Of a stretch of DNA of 33,433 bases, positions 23,401 to 33,433 are shown one piece after another. The stretch comes from Nemertoderma westbladi. Taxonomy: Eukaryota > Animalia > Xenacoelomorpha. The notes below the pieces were generated by a model. The model ran no database searches and was not told where the DNA came from. It worked only from the letters and a program-made list of their open reading frames with translations. Numbering within the stretch: the first letter of the stretch is position 1; every line of letters starts with the position of its first letter. Where the stretch lies: contig JAUCBJ010001990.1 of the NCBI GenBank assembly GCA_032718475.1, positions 1 to 33,433 of the forward strand. Direction: 5' to 3'. A program made the translations under genes and the position numbers.

Positions 23401-26400
23401 GGTGCGCATTACTGAGCAGGCGTTTGAAGGGCTCGAGATGATCCCAAAAGCCTGGATGGTCATCCAGTACTCCACCGGTTTCTGGTTGAGGTCTCCTTCA
23501 GGCCACCACAGAAATCGTAGGCTGTCTCGATCTCTATCCAGCGCCTTAACTTGTAAGAACATACCTTCTATATCGGAGGCGAAAGCGATCGAATATTGTC
23601 GTAATCTTAAGAGTATTCCCAACAAGGATTGGAGTAAGTTGGGTCCCGGCAACAACTCGGAGTTAAGGGATTGGCCCATGTAGAGGGCGGAGCCGTCAAA
23701 TACTACCCGGACTTCATTGGGTTTACCGGGTTTGGGAACGTAATGATGTGTTAGATAGTACGTTCTCTCAGTTATGGGTGTTTCTTCAGGTACTCGCTCC
23801 GCATATCTCTTGTCAATGAATTTCTTCAACTGGGTCTTGTACATCTCCTTAGCTGAAGCATTTGCCGTAAGGCGTCGATGTAGTTGCGCAATTCTCTTCT
23901 CTGCCAAGGGTCGGTTATTTATAAAATTGGGTTCTCGCCGTCGGAAAGGCAGACCAATCTCATATCTACCTGGATCTTTAAGAAAACGTGTAGTTGTTTC
24001 CTGTATCTGCTTGGCTCTTTCTTCTTCTACCGATAGGGCCTTATCATAGGAATTGGGCTCTACAGCCTCTTGAGTAAAGAATCGTACGGCGTGTTCATCA
24101 TGAGTCTTCGCGTTGTAGCGATCTATCACTTCATTCAGTTCGTCGTTGTAATCGACTTGTCCAGCTGGATGAATGAGGTGACATAGGTTCACTTGGTTTT
24201 GCCAAGTTTCATTTTCCATAAGGAGGTCGATGGTATTCTCCTCGTCGAATAGTTGGTGGATATCATCATTATCTGAGGAGTATGGTGTTCCCTCAGGTGT
24301 GTCGTCTCCCTCACTGGTCTCATCTTCCCATTCACTCACCTGGTAGACTCGTTCTTTAGGTAGCCTTTCCATGAGAGTTCTACGGGAAGGTCCAGTAAAG
24401 TACCAACCTACTCTAGTTCTTCCCGCATAGGTTTGCAGTGGTTGCGGTTGAGCAGGCCGTTTCTCCAATGTCTCAAGCGCCTCATGCGCATTTTGGCCAA
24501 TGAGTATTTGCACTCCAGGGTAATCTGTGTTGAATCTAGGTATCTCATGCTGTTGGGTGAAATCGTCCTCATCCCAGTTATAAGGTTCCACTTGGCTGGT
24601 AGCGAAGTTCTTTATCACCACCATTTTTACTGACCTTATGCTGTGTTCTCCTAGTTCATCCTGGGGGGTGGACAACGTGCCTACATAGTAGTCTGTAGTT
24701 ACTGTAGATTTCCAAACCTGCATAATTCCTGAAAGGTTCAACTTAGTTCAGAACTTGGGTTGTCCAGCAAAGATGTCTTTAGCTAGTTCTTTGTCGATGA
24801 ATGTTCCTGTGCTGCCGGAGTCAAGGAGGGCGTTCACTATAAAGCTCTTTTCTGACCCGTGGACTCTCAACTGCACTACGGGAAATTCTCGGATTCCTAC
24901 CTTGGAAGTTGGTGCTTTCCAAGATGGTTGTCGGTCAGGAATAGTTAGGGGAAGCTCACTATCGGTTTCCTTCTCATACGTAAGTGCTCGATACACTGCG
25001 GTGTTTATTAGGTAACAGGATTCGTTTTTGTCAGAGAATTCGTCCGTATAGAATCCTTCCATCTCAGAACTTTGGTCAGTGTCGTTCACATCACTGAATT
25101 GGACATGTAGTTCGGACTCACTTACCTGACTCGGGCTGTTTCTTTCGAATTCAGTGTGCAACAAGATATGATGTTTCGCGCCGCACTTAGCACACCTTGC
25201 GTCGGAGTAACAGGTTCGCCGTTGGTGTCCTTGTCTGAGGCAATTATAACACAACCGCTTATCCCACATGACTTCACGGCTATCTTTTAGTGATTTCTTT
25301 AAGAATTCATCACACACACTTAAACGGTGGGGCCCGTCGCACAGCGCACATTTTGGTTTGATGTTACTTACTTTACCTTGGGTAACGTTGTGCACACTCG
25401 TTCTTTCCTCGGGCTTTCTTCCATGAACTCTCTTAGGAGACGTAGGAGGAGTTTTTCTTACCTGTTCTCTCCTGTCACTGGTTCGAGACTTAAATTTACT
25501 TACGTCTTTAGGCGCTTTGTTGACATAGTAAGATCTTTCAGTGTCTTTCCCGCTGTCCTCCTCTTGAGAGGCCTGGCTTTCGCCATCGTCTGTATAACAC
25601 ACTGGTGTTACCTTTCTCCTAGAAACGGTTTTCTCACTTACCTTATTTTCCGGCGTCTTTTCTCTGGACTGCTTTAGGAGCTGTAATTTTACCTCTCCAT
25701 TTAAGAATGACATGAGATCAGCCATGGTAGGGTCTCTTCGTTGTTGTTCCATCATATATAACACTTTCTTGTCCCAGCGTGTACCTACTCCACCCTTTGG
25801 TAAAGTAGAGGCCACGGCTCCAATAACCATAGAACTCTGATATTCATGAGACTTACCAAGCCAATCTAATTGTCTACAGATCTCCTGAATCTCATCGGAA
25901 AACTCTATAATCCCGCTGCTAATGAACTTTCGGGGAGCTACCAATTTTGCATACAAATACCTAGCTATGTTATTCCTATTACCATACCTGATGTTTAGTG
26001 TATTCCAAACTTGTCTTAATCCATCTGGATGTCCAATAAACTTTAACGCCATTAACTTGGGAGATCCTTCCAAGCACTCGATGAGGAATCTAAGTTTCTC
26101 TCCGTTAGATAGCACAGAGTTCTGTATGTTATCTTTATAATATTCATTAAAAGGTAACCATTTCATCTCATATCCATTGAACTTGATGATCTCTCCCACC
26201 TTTACCGCTTGACAGGCTTCGGTTCTAGCCATTTGGCGCGTAAAACTTTCTTGGGCCATCGTATTATTTAATATCGAGTTATCGGTATATAAATTTCTCG
26301 GATTATTATCAGGTCTATATGGAATATCATTGTCAACAGGTTTATAATTACCCTTAATAGGGTTTACTATAGGAGTTTCTACTTCACTAGCAGTATAGAT

Positions 26401-28620
26401 GCGTGTAGGCTCCACACCTTGCGCATGAAATACTTCAGACCTAACAGGTTGACACATTGTTACAGGGGGTGTTGGTATACCCTTTTGTAGATTTACTAAC
26501 TTATCGCGTTCTAACGCGATACTCTGCTGCACTTCCTGCAATTCTAACCTACTCTCTCTTACTGTTCCCCTTAACTGTTGAACAGTCCCCTCCAACTCTC
26601 GGACCTGCTGGGAGGAGCGTGCCTGATTCTCCTCCATCTGCCCGAGGATAATATCCATCCCCCGCCGTCGCTCATCCACCCACTCTACCGCCGAAGCGGG
26701 AGCCGCCAACATAGTAGCGGGTAGACGAGGGACGACGGGTGACAAATTGTTAATGTCTCACTCGTCGTCCAGGACCGGAGTTGACTGAGGAACTGTCCCA
26801 CTGGATACAGGTAGTTTGGTACTGTGCAAAGGGAATTTAGAGTTATGTTCTGGAAGTACAGGGGTCTCTATCACAGAAGGGGTGGCTTCGAGAACAGGCC
26901 TAATTATTTCAGGCTCATCCACTATAGTAGGGAGTCTTTCTACTCTAATACTTTGGTCAGTGGGTTCTGTACTACCTAAGTCTGCTCTAGCTAGTTGCCT
27001 TCTCACAGCTGGGGGCAAATTAGGCAATTTCTGATGGTGAGGCATTCTTCTACGTCTGTTGGAACGAGATCTATTTCCTCCGCCTTCAGGATCGGTGGTA
27101 TCGCCTTCATCAGATGATGTAAATCCCTGTCTCTTGGGAGTAGATCGACTTATCATCTGCATCTGACTAGCTGTTATCTGTTTATTTAGGTAATCTTGCT
27201 TCTCTTGAAGATTTTCCAACTCTAGTTGGGCTGTCTCTTCAGATGCCTTCCGTTTTGTTTCCGCCACTGCCAATGCTGCCTTTCTTTCAACTTCTGCAGC
27301 TGCTACTTTTCTTTCCGCTTCAACTTCTGCAGCTGCTACCTTTCTTTCCGCTTCTGCCGCTGCCGCCTTTCTTTCAGCCTCTGCCGCTGCCGCTGCCGCT
27401 GCCGCTTTTCTTTCAGCCTCTACCGCTGCCGCTGCCGCTTCCTGTCTGTCTTCTATCTGTTTCTTCTTTACTTGTTCTTCTTGGACCCTAGCGATGCGGA
27501 TGCTTTCATCAAATTTAGCTTGGTTTGCAACTAACATTTCCGCATCTATTGCGTCTAACACAAACTTGGCTCCTTCACTATTAGGGCGAAGTCCAGCCAG
27601 CCATCTCCTCAACTCTTCGTCACCTAAAAATCGTTGATAGTCCAACAGATAGATGTCAATAGCGTCCTTCTTCTGAGGTTTCTCTAATGTAACCTCGCTT
27701 TCAAATTGAGAAAAGGCAGCGTCTGTTGATTCTCTGTGGGTAGAGCGCTCATTTAGCTGAATTTTCCATTGGGTCGTTCCTTGAACCTTGAGACTCACCT
27801 GTTGGAACCAAGTCTTGACAGCAACTTGCAACGACGTGTCTTGGGTTCTCTTCGAAGCTTCCTCAAAGGCTGATAGGAGTAGTCTGATTCTTAGGATTCT
27901 TACTCGAACTTGATAAAGCAGCTCTCCCTGCTCTTGAGGTCGTTGATGTTGTTGAAACAGTTGTTCCTCTAATCGCTCCAAAGAGCTGAAGAATCCCTGT
28001 ACATATCCTGCTGCCGACCTCTTCCACACAGCTGGATCACTACTATCTTTTGTCACTCCCATCCTGTGTATGTCTTCCCAGGCAGCTTCTGATAAATCAA
28101 ACGGGAGTCCGGGTCCAGAGAAGTTCCATTGCGACTCAACAATAGACTTCAGTTCCTCTCTTGTGTATCCCGCATAACTATCCTTGTTCGATCGCTTACT
28201 TCTCGTCCAATCAATTCGGTGTTCCTCCACCGCAATCAATACCCTAGTGAGTACGGCTGCAGGAAGGATGAGAAGGGGATCCGAATAAACCGCATCTGCC
28301 ATCTTTGCTCCGCGCTCGGGTGTCAGCTCTACAGTATCCGAACTACTGGAGCTGTCGGGCCGCTGAGAAATAAGTTATCGGCTCGAGTGTTGCTGCTGTT
28401 TAACAGCTGCTTCTTGGTCCCGCTTGACTTGAGCCCGAGTGCCTATGATAGACCTACGGTGTTGGACTAGCCTAGGGTCTGATACTACTACTGGAGGGAT
28501 GATCTTTCTTACAGTAGGAGGTGAGTTGAACTTTGGTCTCAAATGTTCCACACTCCTATCTGGATCACAGATGGTTGTATCTAGGAGACTGTCTGACAGG
28601 TTTTGCTTTATGTCAGACAT
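20452..28620 (-). pseudogene. Bel/Pao gag-pol polyprotein: one reading frame with four in-frame stops
   Basis: Gag with three zinc knuckles (CALCDGPHRLSVC, CYNCLRQGHQRRTC, CAKCGAKHHILLH), protease ALLDSGS, RT (SDIEGMFLQV, YMDD), Pao RNase H (HVFGDAS, YWTD, NPADIASRG), integrase HHCC and core (TGVDLFGP, SDKGTNF, WWGGSWERL). Stops at 28375-77, 26758-60, 24748-50 and 21490-92. Confidence 0.95.
27268..27442 (-). repeat. Coding minisatellite (AAAEAERK-like repeats) in the Gag N-terminal extension
   Basis: Repeated GCGGCA/GCAGAAG units give an Ala/Glu/Arg/Lys-rich helical region. Confidence 0.8.
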
Positions 28621-28766
28621 GTTTGTTTGTATAGTTGAATGCCTACGGCTATAATTACAGTTAAAGCAAGTCTAGTAATTCAGTATCAACTGTTAGCCTA
28701 GTAATTAATTACCGATATCGTTACTCTATGTAACGTGATATATATACAATATATTAGAATACTGGT

Positions 28767-28987
28767 ATACACTTATAGTATATGTAAGTATTATTACAGA
28801 TAGAATATTAGGGTTCGTCACAGAATACCAGTATATAATTTCAGCGCAAATATATAGATATATAATAACATATATATACATATATAACAACATATACAGC
28901 TTACACTTATAGTATATATAAGTATAATTATAGACTAGAATTAATTACAGAATACCGGTATATAATTTCAGCTTAAATTTATAGAAA
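28767..28987. repeat. AT-rich direct duplication in the 5' leader of the LTR element
   Basis: TACACTTATAGTATAT..AAGTAT..CAGAATACC.GTATATAATTTCAGC occurs at ~28767 and ~28902. Confidence 0.7.
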
Positions 28988-30125
28988 TAAATATAATAAG
29001 CCTATCGTAAATACCGGTACGTCAATTATTTTAGAATAATTGAATTTCTGAATTTTAGGGTTACTTAGTTACTTTACTTTACTTTATTACCGTTATTTAA
29101 GCAGTAGTCCAACTGATATTAAGACCTAATTGTTGTATGACAGGCCTACTATTTTATAAATTGGTTTGATTTGATTTATAATATATATATATATATACCC
29201 GTTTAATGGGTTTTGTTACAATATTTGAAATAAATGTTATTATTTCTGGTAAGGAGTCACTACACATAAGCTGTACGCTCTCAGTGAAGTGCTACTTGTT
29301 GGACACTAAAACAAATAATTCTACTTACCTAAGTTACTTATTACTACAAATTACGTACAATTACGGGGTGAGATTACAATCTCTAAATAAACACAAAAAT
29401 TACACGTACAAATTTTAGGGTAATTTTACAGGAAATCTACAAACCAGCCTAACAAGGAGTTAGAATATCTGGTTATTACAAACGGACAAGATACTACGGT
29501 ATTTGAAAATAATAAAGCAGTAGTAAATATATTGTGTTGTCCAGATAGGAAAATACCACTGTCTGACGACTTATAGTCTCTAGCTTTACAGCTCTATAAG
29601 TACTACGTTATGTACCCGGAGTGTTCCTACCTAGAAGTTAATTACCGCAGCCAACCATAGCTAACGTGCCTATTAACCACTTTACAACACAAATATACTG
29701 CCTACAAACTAATTACCTTCGGAAAGCACTGTACACTAAACCCTAAATTAGGTACAAGAACTTATACAACAAATAACCAGCAGTTAAAAATACTTGTGAC
29801 TAGAGCATAAAATCACCAGTCTTTACCTACGCCAAACAGCCCTGATGTAGTATCGGGGTTAATTTAACTATAACGGTATGTATAACAAGCACAATTACTG
29901 TAGGAATAAACTTGGGGTTGTGTATGTTGCGAATACTCGCATATACTCTGAATAATAAATATTACGCTACCCGTACAGACTACCCAAACAAAATACAGAC
30001 CAAACGCTGGCAGACTACTATCAAGCCTAAATAAACTACAGTATATGCAGACTCCGAAATGGTTAGTTAGTATGCGTTCTAACCGAGTAGTACGACTTAT
30101 TCTTTCAGGGGGGATTTACCTTACA

Positions 30126-30141
30126 GCTCTGGATGCCCCCA
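30126..30141 (-). other. Candidate degenerate primer-binding site (tRNA-Pro-like)
   Basis: Minus strand ...AACA|TGGGGGCATCCAGAGC resembles the tRNA-Pro PBS TGGGGGCTCGTCCGG and would place the 5' LTR end at 30142. Confidence 0.4.
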
Positions 30142-30523
30142 TGTTCCTAACTAGTACTTTATCGGACATACACTCTACACACACTGCAATCTCTTCAGAC
30201 TTAACAACAGCCAGACAACAATCCAGCCTACAAATTATTTATACAATCTGAGCAGGCTTACACGCCTTCTGCTCAATATTAACTTACAGATAAATAAAAC
30301 TGACAGAAATAAGTAAAATCTCAATAAAAAACCAGGGCTGCAGTCCCTGATTAAATATCAAGACCTACCGGTATATAATTATCACAATCGAATAATACTG
30401 ATGTACCTGTACTGCTGTAAGTACCGGTTCGGGTGGTTAGGTAGTTAGGCCTACTGGTTACCGGTCGACCGGTACTTTTCGACTTTATTGCCTACGTTGC
30501 AATAAAGAAACTACTATAACTGT

Positions 30524-31706
30524 TATTGTTCGCGCTTTTAGACCTTTAGCAGTTTAACCTGCCAATTTTAGGTGTTTTCTAGGTTATAAATCGACTTTAG
30601 CCTATAACAAGTATTTGATACACATAAAGTTATATTAGCCGAAGCCAGCCTATGCGCAACCATTCACCCACGGTTAAGGGAGACTGGATTCGGAAGCTCT
30701 GACCTTATTGCGGTGTAGAATTACTGTATTATTCGATCGCTCGTTACTATAATATCTCTGACAAATATTATTTACTTTCGGGAAATACTAACAGTTCCTT
30801 TAGGACGTGGCGCTCTAAGTATGTAAACAGAGTTATGACTTACACTAAACACAACGGGATGGCTAATGATTTTCGTATAAAGCGCATTCTTTAGGAAATG
30901 CTTTGTTATCTATCACATTCATGCACACTACCGCATACTGCTGCACACTGATCTGCCGACCTTCACTAAATTTGATCATATATAAGGAGAACAGCAACTG
31001 ACACATGTAGGGTCTATGAAATAGCATTAAATTCACTCCAAAACCACTATAATGTAAGTCGCAATTGCTATATGTAACCGGTCTCTCTAACCTTCAGTAT
31101 ATCAAGAAGATTGGGGTTTTATGATTATTTATCGATATTCTCCAAATATAACAACATATCCATCAACTGATAACAATTAATAACCAACAGTAAAAAGCAG
31201 TAAAATAATGCGGTGAAAGGTATGTATAGTATGATATGATTTGCGTGCTGTGCTGATAACAGTTATACGTTTCTATAATCAAAGCCGTTCTAATGTTTGG
31301 CTAAAGTCTGAAACACAGAATAATTCCAAAGCCGATGTTCTGGGCTCAGGAAAAAAGGTAAACAAAGACCATAATGCATTGCGCGATCTTCCATAGGCTT
31401 CTGTACAAGATAAAATGAAAATCGCTCTGATTGGTCGAGTGAGCCGAACAAAGAAAGCCAAAAGCTCCACATCGACATATCAGCTGATAGATGTGGTCAT
31501 CTGAACTACACTGTATTAAGAGTATTTTGGCGTATTGCGGCATAAAAATGGCTTGTTATGTCCGCTAAAGTACACATACAGAAAAATGGCTTTTTATGTC
31601 CACTAAAACACCTACACAGTAAGAAAACGGCTTTTTATGTCCGTTAAAACACCTAAAGAGTACTTTGCGGGGAAAATGACTAGTTATATCCGCAAAACCC
31701 TTTACA
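30524..31706 (-). repeat. 5' LTR (confidently aligned core; may extend to 30142)
   Basis: Colinear with 15802-17042; four tandem units at 31536-31706. Confidence 0.9.
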
Positions 31707-32380
31707 AAGTCTATGATCGGATGAGCATAAGCTCAAAGGATGGTATGCTTGAGCATGTGGACGACTTTTGTTACCTGGGATCATGGATCCGGAAGTCAGG
31801 TGAGGACCTTCGAATACGTAAGGCAAAGGCATGGGCAGCCTTGAATAGGCTTTCCAGGATTTGGAAGTCACCTAGAATTAATCGGAAACTCAAGGTCCGA
31901 TTATTTAGAGCAGCAGTAGTTCCAGTACTCCTCTACGGGAGTCCATGCTGGGCTCTAACTGCTGAGGACACCAAATCTCTGGATGGCACATTCACAAGAA
32001 TGCTACGCCGGGTTCATTGTGTCAAGTACAATGCACACATCTCCAACCAGACACTATATAACATTGGAGGTGTCTCATTGGTTCCCCAAAGCTTGACACT
32101 AGAACAAAATCGCCTCCGCTTTGCAGGACACTGCTTTCGCCGTGAGGACCAGCCAGTGCATAATCTTGTACTTTGGCAGCCTCATGGAGTGAATAAGCAT
32201 GGTGGAAAGCCCATGACTTTCTTGAGACGCATATTAAAGGACACTGGCCTTAAAGATGCGGATGATCTAGCAAATGTCATGGGTGATAGGGAGTTGTGGC
32301 GGTGCAATTTTGTTGACAAGCCTGCACAGCATTCTTAAAAATGCAGCTGCAATGCAGCATGCCGATCCTAGTAGTAGTAG
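31707..32380 (+). mobile_element. 5'-truncated RTE-like LINE, copy 2
   Basis: Matches 1617-2289 with about 11-12 substitutions and no indels; (TAG)4 tail. Confidence 0.95.
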
Positions 32381-32593
32381 AGCGCCGGGCCTGCAATCTA
32401 TTGGTTGTAGGTTCAGCCCCGCCAGGGTCCACTCAGCCTTTCATCCACTGGGGTCGATAAAATGAGTACCAGTTAAATAACTGGGAGCAAATCTTGGAAT
32501 AGGAGTAGCGACCACCCCTACCCTCGGGTAGCAGCTATCGAAAGAGGAGCCTTCGGGTCGCCTCCGGCTTCGGCCGACTGTTTGCTTTTTTTT
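32378..32593 (+). mobile_element. tRNA-derived SINE lacking its first bases
   Basis: TAGAGCG (A-box end), GGTTCAGCCC (B-box-like), a central block ACTCAGCCTTTCATCC..GGTCGATAAAATGAGTACCAG resembling conserved animal SINE core domains, a 3' GC hairpin and a T-rich tail. Confidence 0.75.
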
Positions 32594-33433
32594 ATATTTC
32601 CTAAAATAATCTCAAAATTACATCAGTTGTAAATTCACAGCAGTGACAAAATTTTACAGCAGGTGGCAAGTGCTGATGTAAATTTACAAATTATATATTT
32701 AAAAACTTATCATTAGTTTTACGGCCATGCTGTACGTTTGAATTGGAGGACTGTGACATTATTTTGCAATTCTGGCATCTGAAACACATCTTTGATATTT
32801 ATACGTACACATGGTGACCGTAATGGGCTTCCGTAATTATCCCTGTCTGCCTGTCGCTATCAGTGCAGTAGGCCTAACCGAATGTCGTCTGTTGAAAGCT
32901 AACTACAGTACAGCAGTATTTAACAAAATTATCTAATATTTCTTTAAATGTGAGAACCTAACTTTTTCACTGATTTTCCAGAAAAATTAGATACAAATAA
33001 TTTTTATTCTTAATTTATTACTTTTTCGCTCGAATATACCCAAAAATCGGGATAAAAATTGAAAAACTCATAGGGATTGCATTGGTTTTACTTTTATCCT
33101 GGCAAAAAGTACTCTAAATCATTTTTGATGGTTAAATAAGAGCATCGAAGTAGAAAAGGTTCGCAAATATAATTTATGCAAATTCCGTACACACTCAAAA
33201 TTTATAGTAACCTTAGTATCTGCAAGGCCCAAGGCATACTCAAAAACGGAACTTATTATCCAATATTTATGGCATACATTTAGTATTAATATTAAATGTT
33301 TTTTTTATTATAACCTAACGGAAAGCGAAAACTTCTGCAAATCCATTTTGATTACCACATTGGGTCCTTTAGATAGCAAACCTATACCGCTGTCACAGGC
33401 GAAAATGTCCCCCCGCGCGGAATGCCCAGGGGG

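Larger units (their letters stand above)
15709..31706 (-). mobile_element. Bel/Pao LTR retrotransposon
   Basis: Two LTRs flank gag-PR-RT-RH-INT. Right end is TTTACA at 31706. The left end at 15709 is inferred from TGTT and a 4/5 TSD (TAGTC vs AAGTC). Confidence 0.92.
15328..32835. mobile_element. Non-autonomous IS3EU-like DNA transposon carrying nested LTR element, LINE and SINE
   Basis: ~240-bp TIRs (15328-15569, 32593-32835); termini TAY...RTA (TATGGAAGCC / GGCTTCCGTA); perfect 6-bp TSD ATTATC (15322-15327, 32836-32841). An extra subterminal repeat copy lies at ~15614-15704. Confidence 0.85.

Noticed and set aside
20452-28620. Alternative genetic code (TGA as sense) or selenocysteine
   Set aside because: Trp is encoded by TGG throughout, TGA terminates the MIF4G gene, one stop is TAA, and one TGA sits at a conserved Arg. 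Point mutation is simpler.
20825-28654. Plus-strand and alternate-frame ORFs within gag-pol, including the Cys/Phe- and Pro/Leu-rich 27226-27534
   Set aside because: Antisense readouts of the polyprotein and its Ala-rich repeat.
15328-32835. Polinton/Maverick (long TIRs, 6-bp TSD, ~17 kb, integrase)
   Set aside because: No pPolB, ATPase or capsid genes; termini are not AG..CT; the integrase belongs to the Bel/Pao polyprotein.

Overview
AT-rich animal (probably invertebrate) nuclear DNA dominated by transposable elements. Two host genes are visible: a four-exon 5' part of a TTLL (ttll-15-like) gene with an N-terminal membrane anchor (minus, 4532-2394, continuing off the window), and an intronless MIF4G-domain gene of the MIF4GD/CTIF type (minus, 14206-15108). 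The right half is a nested structure. A non-autonomous IS3EU-like DNA transposon (15328-32835; ~240-bp TIRs, 6-bp TSD ATTATC) contains a ~16-kb minus-strand Bel/Pao LTR retrotransposon, a 5'-truncated RTE-like LINE and a tRNA-derived SINE. The five Bel/Pao ORFs in the track are one frameshift-free reading frame (28620-20452) broken only by four in-frame stops (TAA, TGA, TGA, TGA), although the two LTRs are clearly diverged. The element also carries an unrecognised coding region in the env position. The window also holds three copies of one young RTE-like LINE family with (TAG)n tails, an internally deleted P element, a foldback MITE, Crypton-like hairpin repeats and many Tc1/mariner-type excision footprints. 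All identities and counts are by eye.
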